A DNA stretch of 64,000 nt, from positions 32,001 through 96,000 of the forward strand of contig CBDCYI010000005.1 of NCBI GenBank assembly GCA_965224085.1, written 5' to 3'. The DNA comes from Candidatus Marinacidobacterales bacterium. Lineage in GTDB: Bacteria > Acidobacteriota > Vicinamibacteria > Marinacidobacterales > SMYC01. Under the pieces are notes generated by a model. That model worked only from the letters and a program-made list of their open reading frames with translations, was not told the DNA's origin and did not search any database. The position numbers and the translations under genes were made by a program. Below, one piece after another: positions 38,538 through 48,632 of this stretch. Position 1 is the first letter of the stretch. Every line of letters starts with the position of its first letter.

Positions 38538-40280
38538 ATGGCTAGCGCGCCCCGTCGCCCGACCGCCCCAACTGCCGAGTCCAGCTCTATCCCGGATCTC
38601 GTTGAAATCCTTAAAGTGCAGGGACTCCTGACGAGCGGAGAGGAAGACCAGATCCAGCGCTACATCCAGCTGCAGCGACTCAGCGAAGAAGCGGCCGTCC
38701 GGCGGCTCGGCAAGCTCGACGAAGACGAGATCACGCAGGCGGTCGCAAAACACGCCAAGCTGCCTTACCTCAAGATCAACCCGCTCGATCTCGACCTCGA
38801 CGTCGTCACTAGAGCGCTCCCCGCGCCCTTCGCGAGGCGTCACACGATGTGCGCGGTGTCGAAGCACGCCAACACCGTGACGCTCGCGATCGCCAACCCG
38901 TTCAACCGGGCACCGCTTCGAGACCTGCAGCAATTCGGGGGCATGGAGGTGCGGCTCGTCGTCGCGTCACGGTCGGACATCGAGACCGTCAACAAGGGCT
39001 TCTACGATCTCAAAACGTCCCTCCAGGCAGCCGAGTCCCAACTCACCGATGGCCGGCTCACATCCATCGACGTGACCAACCAGGAATTTCTCTCCGGTCC
39101 AACCGTAGAGATGGACCCGACGATGCAGCCCGTCGTCACCGCACTCGACAACATGTTGACGCATGCTTTCGATCAACGTGCCTCCGACATCCACATGGAG
39201 CCGAAGCGCAACATCGCGCTCGTCCGCTTGCGTTATCGACGGTGTTTTGACGTTCACGTCATCCCGAAGATCGTCTACCAGGCCGTGGTAAGCCGGGTAA
39301 AGATGCTGAGCGGGCTCAATATCGCCGAGAAGAGGCGGCCTCAAGACGGACGCATCAAAAGAAACGAAGGTGGCAAGGAGATTGAGATTCGCGTTTCCAC
39401 GATGCCGACGGTGTTCGGCGAGAAAGCCGTGCTGCGTATCTTCGACCCGGACATTCTTTTGAAATCGATCGAAGAGCTCGGTTTTTCCGAAACGGACCTT
39501 CCGCGCTTCTTACCCTTTCTCGAGAACCGGGAAGGCATCGTCCTCGTTACCGGCCCCACGGGAAGCGGCAAGACGACGACACTTTATTCCGTCCTGAAAC
39601 ATCTCTCGAAGCCCGAAGTCAACATCGTCACGATCGAAGATCCCATCGAGCTCGTTTACGACGACTTCAACCAAGTTTAAATCCGACCGGATCTCGACGT
39701 GACCTTCGCCAACACCATCCGCACCGTGCTCCGCCAGGACCCGGACATCGTGATGGTGGGTGAGATTCGCGACAGCGAGACCGCATATATGGCCATCCAG
39801 GCCGCGCTCACCGGCCATCTTGTCTTCTCGACCCTCCACACGAACGACGCCCCGTCCGCGGTGACGCGTTTGTTGGATCTCGGAGCGCCGCCTTTTCTCA
39901 TCACCTCGACGCTCGTGGGCGTCATCGCCCAGAGGCTCGTCCGCACGTTGTGCCCGAAATGCATCGACGGCGTAAAGCCTACGGAGGAGGACGCTTTCGG
40001 TTTGAGCGTGCCCTTCGAAAAAATCCGAGGCCTGACGTTTCGCCAGGGGCAAGGATGTATCAACTGCCGCCAAACCGGCTATCTAGGCCGGAGCGGCATC
40101 TACGAGATCATGCCTGCATCGCGCAAGATAAGAAAACTGATCGTCTCGAAAACCGAGGCCCCCGAAATCCTGAGGACCGCCCGCGAAGAGGGCATGCGCA
40201 CATTGAGAGAATCGGCGATCCAAAAACTGGTAAAAGGCGACACGACCGTCTCGGAAGTCATAAGAGTCACGGGTCGCTAG
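38538..40280 (+). pseudogene. GspE/PilB-family secretion ATPase with an in-frame stop and a local double frameshift
   Basis: [51 protein letters not shown], Cys4; TAA at 39678-39680; RIDGV scrambled to RYRRCF at ~39233-39249. Confidence 0.9.
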
Positions 40281-40340
40281 TCCCTGTATCAATAGTTCGT
40301 CACACAAATCTCGGGCCCTTTTGCGCGCTGGCTGCGACTA

Positions 40341-41449
40341 GTGGACTGTAACAAATAAGAATTTAGTGATATACTTCTCTCATGCAAGAGAGGACCAGCG
40401 TTGTTTTGACTCGAGCGGAACGTAGGGAACTTGGCAAACGAGTTTCGAGCCGTAGCGGTCGTGCTGACGACGCGCGGATTGCTCGCGTGTTGCTCTTGTT
40501 GGACGAAGGTGCGAGCTACACGCAGGTGCAGCAGTGGGTAGGCTGCACGGCGCCTTTTGTCAGCAAGTGGAAGCGCCGATTCTTGGAGGAGCGGCTGGCA
40601 GGTCTGTACTCGCGTCACGAGGGACGTCCGGTTCAGGTGCTCACGCCTCGGATGGAAGCACGGATTCTTTCGTGGACTCAAAAGAGCCCGACCGACGGCT
40701 CGACTCACTGGAGCACGCGCCGACTTGCGAAGAAACTGGGAATCCATCACATGATGGTGGCTCGTACTTGGAAAAAACACGGTCTACAGCCACACCGAAT
40801 TGAATATTACAAAGCGTCCAACGACCCGGATTTCGAGAAGAAGGCAGCGGATGTCATCGGTCTCTATATGAATCCGCCTCAGCACGCTGCGGTGTTTTGT
40901 ATTGACGAGAAAACGGCGATCCAAGCCCTGGATCGACGGGACCCGATCTTGCCGTTGTCTCCCGGGCGGGCCGAAAGACACGGTTTCGAGTACGTCCGGA
41001 ATGGAACGCTTTCTCTCTACGCCGCCTTTGACACGAAGACGGGGGAAGTTTTTGGCAAGACCGTCCGCCGACATACCAGCCAGGAGTTTGTCGCCTTCTT
41101 GGAGCAGCTGGTTGCGAGCCACAAGCGAAAGCGTGAAATTCACGTCATCCTCGACAATCTCTCGGCCCACAAAACTGCCAAGGTCACCGAGTTCCTCCAG
41201 GCCAATCCGAAACTCCAATTGCACTTCACACCCACCTACTCCTCCTGGCTGAACAAAGTCGAGCTCTGGTTCTCCAAGATCGAGCGCGACCTGATCCATC
41301 GAGGAGTGTTCACCTCCACCAAAGACCTAACCCGCAAGATCATGCGCTACATTCGCAAGTACAACAAAGACCCTAAGCCCGTGAAGTGGACCTACAACGA
41401 TCCGTCACGGCGCATCAAAACTACTAAACGTTCAGCTGTTACAGTCCAC
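40341..41449 (+). mobile_element. IS630-family insertion sequence
   Basis: Terminal IR GTGGACTGTAACA / TGTTACAGTCCAC; TA duplicated at 40339-40340 and 41450-41451. Confidence 0.92.
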
Positions 41450-41452
41450 TAG
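40382..41452 (+). CDS. IS630-family transposase
   Basis: HTH, THWSTRRLA, CIDEKTAIQAL, YVRNGT, ILDNLSAHK, FTPTYSSWLNKVELWF. Confidence 0.95.
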   Translation: MQERTSVVLTRAERRELGKRVSSRSGRADDARIARVLLLLDEGASYTQVQQWVGCTAPFVSKWKRRFLEERLAGLYSRHEGRPVQVLTPRMEARILSWTQKSPTDGSTHWSTRRLAKKLGIHHMMVARTWKKHGLQPHRIEYYKASNDPDFEKKAADVIGLYMNPPQHAAVFCIDEKTAIQALDRRDPILPLSPGRAERHGFEYVRNGTLSLYAAFDTKTGEVFGKTVRRHTSQEFVAFLEQLVASHKRKREIHVILDNLSAHKTAKVTEFLQANPKLQLHFTPTYSSWLNKVELWFSKIERDLIHRGVFTSTKDLTRKIMRYIRKYNKDPKPVKWTYNDPSRRIKTTKRSAVTVH

Positions 41453-41472
41453 TCGGTACCTGCTAGCGGCGA

Positions 41473-42042
41473 CTAGCTTCGTGCGACCGGTTCTTGTTCC
41501 GTAAAACGGTCCGTTTCGAATCTTTGGACCACGGTGTCGGCGCTCTTCCAACTGTCTTCCGGGAGGCCGGCTTTCAGGCAGGTCTCAGCGAGGAAGCGAT
41601 CGCGGGTCCAATTTCGTTCAGAGGCGACTTCAGGTAGCAACAACCCTCGGGCGCCGTCGCGCTCGACAATGAGGCCATCACGGCCGACCTCGATCGCGTC
41701 GACCTTGTCGATAGGCTCTGGCATGGTCAGAACGGAAACGCTGATGCGCAGTCGCGACACCTCACCCAGCTGCACGTGCTGGAATCTCGGATCTCCCGTC
41801 GCAGCGACGACGACCGCGCTCGCGATCAGTTTCGAAAGCTCGGCCGAGCGGCCGACGTAGCCGATACAGCCTCTGAGCTCGCCATCGAGGCTCAACGTAG
41901 CGAAGACTCCTCCCGACTCAATGGCAAGATCCAACGGCGGCTCGGGACGCTGACGCGCCGCGATAGCGAAATGATCCTCGAGTGCATAGCGCGCGCCGAG
42001 CAGTAAAGTGGCTCGCTGCTCCTCCGTTAGTAAGCGCGTCAT
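41473..42042 (-). CDS. AmmeMemoRadiSam protein A (AMMECR1 domain)
   Basis: GVFATL, LRGCIG, DPRF, ISVSVL, GLLLPEVA, CLKAGLP. Confidence 0.92.
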   Translation of the reverse strand: MTRLLTEEQRATLLLGARYALEDHFAIAARQRPEPPLDLAIESGGVFATLSLDGELRGCIGYVGRSAELSKLIASAVVVAATGDPRFQHVQLGEVSRLRISVSVLTMPEPIDKVDAIEVGRDGLIVERDGARGLLLPEVASERNWTRDRFLAETCLKAGLPEDSWKSADTVVQRFETDRFTEQEPVARS

Positions 42043-42049
42043 TCTACGA

Positions 42050-42901
42050 TTACCCTGGCTCACGATCGCCTTGGCATTCCGTAAACGCGGCGGAGGCATA
42101 ACCTACGACGCCCACTATATCTCCCGTGACATCGCCTGAATCTCCGTAGGCGAGAACGCGTGACTGCGACGCGCCGAGGGTGCGGGCCGCCTCGAGCACC
42201 GCGATCATCGGACCGCCTCCGCAAGCGTGATCGCGACGTGCCTCGAGAAGCTCCGCGAGCCCGCGAGGGTCGAAACGCTCGAGACAAGCGACCACTTCCG
42301 AGTCGAGCTCACGCGCTCGGACGCGCGGCTCGAAATGAGAAAGGTCCGAGCTCGCGACGAGGAGCACGGAACGTCCCGATTGTTTGACCGCGCTCTCGAT
42401 CGCATGGATCGCTATAGCGATCGTGGAACGCGTTTGATAACCCATCAACATGGGCGCAACGGGAACGTCAGGAAGAAAACGCTGCAAGAACGGGTATTGC
42501 ATCTCCAAACTGTGCTCGTCGAGATGGACTTCGGGCGCGAAACGGATGCGGGACGATGCGCGCTCGAGCGTCGCGACGAGGTCCCGGTCGATTTGAACGA
42601 CGCCGAGCGGGGTCTCGATACCCCCTCCCTGAATCAGAAAAAGGCCGTCGCCCCCTTGATGGCACGGCCCGAGCAACACCACGCTGTCGAAACGCTCACG
42701 CTCCAAAAGACTATAGGCCGCGGCGGCGATACGCCCCGAATATCGAATCCCCGCATGCGGCACCACGAGCGCACGTAATCTTCCCGCCAGGTCACAGGTG
42801 AGAGCGTCAGCGACACAGCTCTCGAGGAGCGCACGAAGCGCCGCCGGCTCGGCGGGGTACCACGTTCCCGCCATGCGCGACGGACGGATCGCTTCATCCA
42901 T
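42050..42901 (-). CDS. AmmeMemoRadiSam protein B (MEMO1 family)
   Basis: AGTWYP, VPHAGIRYSG, ETPLG, EHSLEMQYPFLQ, ASSDLSH, ACGGGP, VVGYAS. Confidence 0.93.
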   Translation of the reverse strand: MDEAIRPSRMAGTWYPAEPAALRALLESCVADALTCDLAGRLRALVVPHAGIRYSGRIAAAAYSLLERERFDSVVLLGPCHQGGDGLFLIQGGGIETPLGVVQIDRDLVATLERASSRIRFAPEVHLDEHSLEMQYPFLQRFLPDVPVAPMLMGYQTRSTIAIAIHAIESAVKQSGRSVLLVASSDLSHFEPRVRARELDSEVVACLERFDPRGLAELLEARRDHACGGGPMIAVLEAARTLGASQSRVLAYGDSGDVTGDIVGVVGYASAAFTECQGDREPG

Positions 42902-43511
42902 CGGCTTTCAAGGGGGGCCGACGACGCTGAAGCAGAAGGAAAATCCCGAACGCGATGACGAACACGAGGAGCGTACCCACGAGAACGGCCGATGCGTTGT
43001 CTCTCAAATACACGATCGCGACGTCGCCGAAACGCACTGCCAGAAACGCTTCTCCGAAATAGCGAAAGGAGCGGCCGAGGATGATCGCCAACAAGAAGCG
43101 ACGATAGGGAAGCCCCAAAACGCCGGCGGAGAGAACGAAAATCTTGAAGGGGAACGGTGGAGGCAAGATTGCGGGCACGGCGACGGCGAGCGCTCCGTAG
43201 CGCGCGAACAAACGAAACACGGAATGGATCTTCCCGTCGGAGAACTTCTTCTTGAGAAAGCCGTATCCCTTCCATCGCGCCAGCACGTAAAGAAGGCTCG
43301 CGCCGGAAGCCGAACCGAGCACGGTCATCAAAGCATAGTAATAAGCATGGGTCGGGAAGCGTGTTCCGAAATAGATCAACAGAAGGTCGTTGATCTCGGG
43401 GAGCGACAGAAGCGAAGAGTCGAAGAACGCGACGACGAACAGACCAAGTCCGCCCGTAAAGCTCCCGAGGCCGCGCACGGCCTCTACCAAACGCTCGGCT
43501 ATGCTTCCCAT
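42894..43511 (-). CDS. DedA/YqaA (VTT) membrane protein
   Basis: AFFDSSLLSLPEIND, LPPPFPFKIFVLSAG, GRSFRYF. Confidence 0.88.
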   Translation of the reverse strand: MGSIAERLVEAVRGLGSFTGGLGLFVVAFFDSSLLSLPEINDLLLIYFGTRFPTHAYYYALMTVLGSASGASLLYVLARWKGYGFLKKKFSDGKIHSVFRLFARYGALAVAVPAILPPPFPFKIFVLSAGVLGLPYRRFLLAIILGRSFRYFGEAFLAVRFGDVAIVYLRDNASAVLVGTLLVFVIAFGIFLLLQRRRPPLKADG

Positions 43512-43539
43512 CCGGCGATACCGCCGGCATTATAGATCT

Positions 43540-45117
43540 TTACTCGAGCCGGACAGGAATCCAGAGAAAGCTCGACTGCTGGCCTCGCACGACTCGCTCG
43601 ATGCGCAAGAGCAAGTCACCGCCCGGGGGAACTTCACCGATTCGCCGCTGCAGATCGTCCACGTTGCGCACGGGCTGGCGGTTCGCTTCGATGATGATGT
43701 CGCCGCGCCGAAGCCCGCCCTCCTCTCCCGGTCCGTCCGGGTCGACATCCATCAGCACGACCCCGGCCGCCGAGCTCGCGCCGAGCTCGCTCGCGAGCTC
43801 ATCGGACAAGTTCTGACCGCTGATGCCGAGACGACCCCGGTCTTCAGCAGGTTCCTCTGGCGCGAGATTCGCGTCGACTACGCGAAGCGCCATCGTGACG
43901 TCCGTCGTCCGAAGCTCGCCGTCACGGAAGAACTTCACCGGAACGGTCTGATCGGGTCGCACATCCGCAACGATGTGGACGAGGTGATTGTTGGACTCGA
44001 TGGGCACGTTGTTGAGCTCCACAATGATGTCACCCGCCTTCAGGCCTGCTTTAGCCGCGGGCCCGTCGGACTCGAGAATCTCGGAGATGATGGCGCCCTT
44101 TTGTCCCGTGAGACCAAAGCTTCTCGCAAGTTCCGGCGTGAGATTCTGGATGCTGACGCCGAGCCAGCCGCGCGTCACTTTCCCGACCGAGACGAGCTGG
44201 TCGTAAATCTTGCGCGTCATGTCCGACGGGATAGCAAAGCCAATTCCCATATTGCCGCCGGAGTTCGAGATGATGTTCGAGTTGATTCCGATGATCTCGC
44301 CATGCATGTTTACGAGAGGCCCACCTGAATTGCCCGGATTGATGGCGGCATCCGTCTGAATGAAATTGTCGTAGTTGCCCTGGCCAATGAGACGCCCTTT
44401 GGCGCTCACGATCCCAGCCGTCACCGTATGGCCGAAACCGAACGGGTTTCCCATGGCGAGAACCCACTCGCCGACCATCGTGTTCTCGGAGCTCCCGAAG
44501 CCAACATGCACGAAAGTGCGATCGGCGTCGATCCGCAAGACGGCGAGATCGGTCGCCGCGTCGGTGCCGATGACTTCGGCGTCGAAGCGGGTTTGATCCG
44601 AGAACCGGACCTCGATTTCGTCGGCATTCTCGATCACGTGGTTGTTGGTGATGACGTAGCCTCTAGGATCGACGATGACACCAGAGCCGAGACTGCGGCG
44701 TCTCTGTCCTTCTGGTTGGTCGCGAAAAAACCGCTCGAAGAAATCGTCCAAAGGTGTGCCGGCAGGCGGCCGTTGAGCGCGCTCGGTGCCTTCAGTGAAG
44801 ATGTTGACCACCGCGGGCTCGAGCTTGCTCGCGACGGCAGCGAAAGCGCGAGAGAGCTTGTCGACCTCTGGGAGATCGTCCGTATCCGTGAGCGGCCGTT
44901 CCGCAGGAGCGGCGGCGGGTGTTGCCCGCACTTGAGAAGGCTCCGCTAGCTGAACCGACGAATTATGCGCGGGCGGGGTGGGAGCTCCGGAAACACTAGG
45001 GCCCACCGCAATGGCCAGAGCGATCAAAACGCCGATGAGGCCGAGCCCGAGCGCGGCCACGCGGCCCAAAGTCGAGTGCTTGCCAGGCTCGCGTCGCGTT
45101 TCGTGATTGTCGGTCAT
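43540..45117 (-). CDS. degP: Do/DegQ serine endoprotease with two PDZ domains
   Basis: SLGSGVIV, TNNHVI, TDLAVL, IQTDAAINPGNSGGPL, RGWLGV. Confidence 0.9.
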   Translation of the reverse strand: MTDNHETRREPGKHSTLGRVAALGLGLIGVLIALAIAVGPSVSGAPTPPAHNSSVQLAEPSQVRATPAAAPAERPLTDTDDLPEVDKLSRAFAAVASKLEPAVVNIFTEGTERAQRPPAGTPLDDFFERFFRDQPEGQRRRSLGSGVIVDPRGYVITNNHVIENADEIEVRFSDQTRFDAEVIGTDAATDLAVLRIDADRTFVHVGFGSSENTMVGEWVLAMGNPFGFGHTVTAGIVSAKGRLIGQGNYDNFIQTDAAINPGNSGGPLVNMHGEIIGINSNIISNSGGNMGIGFAIPSDMTRKIYDQLVSVGKVTRGWLGVSIQNLTPELARSFGLTGQKGAIISEILESDGPAAKAGLKAGDIIVELNNVPIESNNHLVHIVADVRPDQTVPVKFFRDGELRTTDVTMALRVVDANLAPEEPAEDRGRLGISGQNLSDELASELGASSAAGVVLMDVDPDGPGEEGGLRRGDIIIEANRQPVRNVDDLQRRIGEVPPGGDLLLRIERVVRGQQSSFLWIPVRLE

Positions 45118-45204
45118 TTATCTCTCCGCAGACTAAGATTAGCCAAGGTTGGCAAAGAGTTCCCTCTACCATTCGATGTTAGTTACACCATTATAACAAG
45201 TCCG

Positions 45205-45876
45205 TTAGAAACGCAGATTGACACCGAAACTGGCTTGTTCAGAGGCCAAATCGAAGCTTCCGAAACCGCGAAAGTCGCCGCCATGCGTGCCGCGCGCCCA
45301 GTGCCGGCGATACTCCCCGAAGACGGAAACCGACGGGCTCACAAGCACTTAGACGCCGCCGGCAACGTAGACACCATAGGCCAAACCGCGATCCACAAAG
45401 GTGTCGATAAAGATGTCGAAGTTCGAGAAATCGATGAATTCCCCTTCCTCCCTGTACTCGTAGAAGTAAAAGCCCGCGCCGCCCGACACGTAGGGAAAGA
45501 CGCGATGAGATTCACCGGTAGGGAGCACGCGCACGCCAGCGGTCACCGGCGTCGTGCGGAGCCTCAGATCTTGTATGACCTCGGTGCCATCATCACGCAC
45601 GAAATCGTGATAGGACGTGAACGCGGTTCGTGAGCTCGACTCCACGCCGAACGCGAGATCGACATACTCGTTGAGCTCGAGCGCCACTTCAACACCGCCG
45701 ATCAAAGCATCGAAATCCCCGAGCTCGAGCGTGAACGACTCGAGGTTGTCCGCCCACAGAGAACTTTCGACGTGAGGCGCAAACCACCCGAGCCGAAAGG
45801 CTACCGAGTGCGCCGCGGCGTGCGGGACCGGAAGAAACGAGATGAGACCGAGCATTGCAGCCAGTCGATAAACCAT
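45205..45876 (-). pseudogene. Small outer-membrane beta-barrel protein with an in-frame TAA
   Basis: Signal peptide, PYVSGGAGFY; after TAA at 45349-45351 the frame continues VLVSPSVSVFGEYRRHW...FGVNLRF* with a terminal Phe. Confidence 0.8.
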
Positions 45877-45914
45877 CGTGCTCCTCTTTTCTGGCGGCGA
45901 TCGTCGATCGTTGC

Positions 45915-45931
45915 TGCATGCTACGTGCCAA
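45915..45931 (-). promoter_or_regulatory. Sigma54 (-24/-12) promoter of the beta-barrel gene
   Basis: TTGGCACGTAGCATGCA, GG-N10-GC, ~40 nt upstream of ATG. Confidence 0.7.
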
Positions 45932-46034
45932 GAGAGAACGGGAAATGGAAGCTCAACCGTCCTATCGACAGGACACACGAGCCGAGCTCAGTGTCCGACT
46001 AAGAATGGGGTGGTTATTCTCGCCCAGACCCTTA

Positions 46035-46799
46035 TTAGGAGAGAATCGCAAGCATCTGATCGTGCAGACGTCCGTTCGACGCCACGATCGCTTTTTGAGA
46101 GTAGTGGAACGAGTTGCCCGTCATTCCCGTAACTAGCCCGCCTGCTTCCTGAACAAGCAACGCGCCGGCGGCAGTGTCCCACGGGCCGAGTTTCTCTTCC
46201 CAGAACCCATCGAAGCGCCCGGCGGCGACGTAGCACAAATCGAGAGCGGCCGATCCATCTCGCCGGATGGCCCGCGCCGTTCCCATGAATTTCTTGAAAA
46301 GGCGCAGATTCCCTTCGAGGTCGTCCTTGAGGTCGTACGGGAATCCCGTCGTGAGAAGCGCGTGCCGGATCTCTGACGTAGCCGACACCTCGAGCTTCTT
46401 GCCGTTCAAAAAAGCGCCGCGACCACTCTCCGCGGTAAAAAGTTCCTGGTGCACGGGATCGTAGACAACACCCGCACGTACTTCATCATCTTCCTCGTAG
46501 CCGATGGAGACGGCGAACATCGGATAGGCATGAGCGAAGTTCGTCGTCCCGTCCAATGGATCCACGACGAATCGCTTCGACGTGTCGCCGGTCGGGCCAC
46601 CGCTTTCCTCCGCGAGAATGGAAGCGGCCGGCATGCGCGCGTTCAAGATCGAGAGGATCGTCGCTTCGGATTCGAGGTCGGCTTGGGTGACCAGATCGAG
46701 CTCGCCCTTGAATGAGATCTCGAAAGCGCCGCCATAGTAGGACTCGAGAATAGCGCCGCCGGCGAGCGCAGCTTCGATGGCGACCGATAGTGCTCGCAT
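46035..46799 (-). CDS. suhB: Inositol monophosphatase
   Basis: DLVTQAD, VDPLDGTTNFAH, GSAALDLCYVAAG, WDTAAG. Confidence 0.92.
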   Translation of the reverse strand: MRALSVAIEAALAGGAILESYYGGAFEISFKGELDLVTQADLESEATILSILNARMPAASILAEESGGPTGDTSKRFVVDPLDGTTNFAHAYPMFAVSIGYEEDDEVRAGVVYDPVHQELFTAESGRGAFLNGKKLEVSATSEIRHALLTTGFPYDLKDDLEGNLRLFKKFMGTARAIRRDGSAALDLCYVAAGRFDGFWEEKLGPWDTAAGALLVQEAGGLVTGMTGNSFHYSQKAIVASNGRLHDQMLAILS

Positions 46800-46833
46800 C
46801 TCTTGCTAGTGATTGGTTGTCAGTGCGTAGCGC

Positions 46834-47259
46834 CTATTCGACCCGTTTCATCATCGTGACGCGGGTGCCTTGGTTGGGCTCGAAATGATAGCTGACGTCG
46901 TCCATGAAGTTCTTCATGAAGAAGATCCCGCGGCCGCTGGCGCGCAGCAAATTCTCTTCTGCGAGCGGGTCCGGAATTTCTTCCGGGTCGAAGCCTTCTC
47001 CTTCGTCTTGCACGGAAACGCTGAACTCGCTCGCCTCGTATTCGAAGCGAACGATCACGCGTTTGGACACGTCGAGCTTGTTCCCGTGACGGACGGCGTT
47101 GGTCACCGATTCGCGAATCGCGACGCTCATCCAATGGGACGCGTCGGTATCGAAGCCGACTTCCGCCGAGACCGACTCGAAGACAATCTGCACCAGATCG
47201 ACCATATCGAAGCTGCTCTGGATATCGATCTGAACGCAGTTCTTCTTCGTCTTCACCAT
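46834..47259 (-). CDS. RsbW-like anti-sigma factor / Ser kinase
   Basis: ESVTNAVRHGN, DEGEGFDP, SGRGIFFMKNFMD. Confidence 0.9.
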   Translation of the reverse strand: MVKTKKNCVQIDIQSSFDMVDLVQIVFESVSAEVGFDTDASHWMSVAIRESVTNAVRHGNKLDVSKRVIVRFEYEASEFSVSVQDEGEGFDPEEIPDPLAEENLLRASGRGIFFMKNFMDDVSYHFEPNQGTRVTMMKRVE

Positions 47260-47347
47260 CCCTCCGGCCGGATAGGCTACAAGATTCAACGAGTTGAAAC
47301 AACCCACACTCACTCGATTCCGAGCCTACGTGCTATCATCATTATCC

Positions 47348-48625
47348 ATGTCACCCCACTCTAGGGTTCGGCTTCGGGGTCACTTCGCACCACCTGGGGA
47401 CAAATCCATAGGTCACCGGCTCGCGCTCCTAGGCGCGATCGCGAGCGGGCGCACGCGCATCGAAGGTTTCCCACCAGGCCAGGACTGTGGCCGCACCTTG
47501 GACCTCGTTCGCTCGCTGGGCGTCGAGGCACAACAGCGGGACGCCGTTGTCGAGATCGAAGGCGTCGGCCTCGACGGCTTGCAAGCAACCGATCAGGACC
47601 TCGACGCGGGAAATTCGGGCTCGACCGCGCGCATGGCGTGCGGCTATCTCGCGCCGCAGCGATTCGAATGCCGCATCGTCGGCGACAAGAGCCTGTCGCA
47701 GCGGCCCATCGACCGCGTCGTGAAGCCGCTAGCGGCGATGGGTGCCTCCATCAAGACCTCTGGCGGCCGGCTCCCGCTCACGATCCATGGCGGTCGCGAG
47801 CTTCACGGTATCGATTACGATCTACCCATCCCGAGCGCTCAAGTGAAGACGGCACTCCTCCTTGCCGGACTCCACGCGACAGGCACAACGCGCGTGCGAG
47901 AAACGCTCCCATCGAGAGACCATACCGAGATCGCCCTCCGTGGGTTCGGCGCGGAGCCTGTCATCGACCATGGCGTCGTGTCCTTGCGCCGTGTCGCGCG
48001 CCTGAGTGCGGGGCAATTTCGTGTTCCAGGTGATTTTTCATCTGCAGCGTTCTTCGTGACCGCGGCGGCGTTTCTGCCCGACTCCGATCTCGTCGTCGAG
48101 AATGTCGGTTTGAACCCGACCCGAGCGGCGCTACTGGATGTGCTCCTCGACATGGGTGCGGATATTCACGTCGAGCCGCACGAAACGCGTGAAGGTCAAG
48201 AGCCGGTGGGTAATATTCGCGTGCGGGGTCGCGAGCTCCACGGGGCGGTTGTACCTGCCGATAGGCTTCCAGCGATGATTGACGAAGTTCCCATACTCGC
48301 AGTCGCGGCGGCCTTCGCTAACGGCACGACGCGAGTGGAAGGTGCTTCGGAGCTTCGTGTCAAAGAGAGTGACCGCCTCGCTGCCATCATCGAAGGCTTG
48401 GATGCCCTCGGAGCCGAGGTGGCCGCGATCCCGGACGGTTTCGTCATAGAGGGCAGCCATCAGCTCTCCGCGGCATCTCTCAAGACCTACGGCGACCACC
48501 GGATGGTGATGGCTTGGGCTATCGCTTCACTTGGGCTGGACGGAGACTGTACAATTGATCACTTGGATAAAGTAAAGATCTCCTATCCAAGCTTCTGGGA
48601 GACTCTCGACTATTTGGCGCGGTAG
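47348..48625 (+). CDS. aroA: EPSP synthase
   Basis: PGDKSIGHR, AGNSGST, SAQVK, SRDHTE, LRVKESDR, DHRMVM. Confidence 0.96.
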   Translation: MSPHSRVRLRGHFAPPGDKSIGHRLALLGAIASGRTRIEGFPPGQDCGRTLDLVRSLGVEAQQRDAVVEIEGVGLDGLQATDQDLDAGNSGSTARMACGYLAPQRFECRIVGDKSLSQRPIDRVVKPLAAMGASIKTSGGRLPLTIHGGRELHGIDYDLPIPSAQVKTALLLAGLHATGTTRVRETLPSRDHTEIALRGFGAEPVIDHGVVSLRRVARLSAGQFRVPGDFSSAAFFVTAAAFLPDSDLVVENVGLNPTRAALLDVLLDMGADIHVEPHETREGQEPVGNIRVRGRELHGAVVPADRLPAMIDEVPILAVAAAFANGTTRVEGASELRVKESDRLAAIIEGLDALGAEVAAIPDGFVIEGSHQLSAASLKTYGDHRMVMAWAIASLGLDGDCTIDHLDKVKISYPSFWETLDYLAR

Positions 48626-48632
48626 ACGGCCA

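Noticed and set aside
41473-42901. AmmeMemoRadiSam pair lacking its radical SAM partner as a novel system
   Set aside because: Known system whose genes are often dispersed; the adjacent IS630 has a clean TA duplication, so there is no sign of a deletion
39678-45351. TAA reassignment or readthrough suggested by two in-frame TAA codons (gspE, OMP)
   Set aside because: TAA terminates intact genes here (zapA, degP, mreD), the two sites imply different residues (Gln versus Glu), and gspE has other lesions
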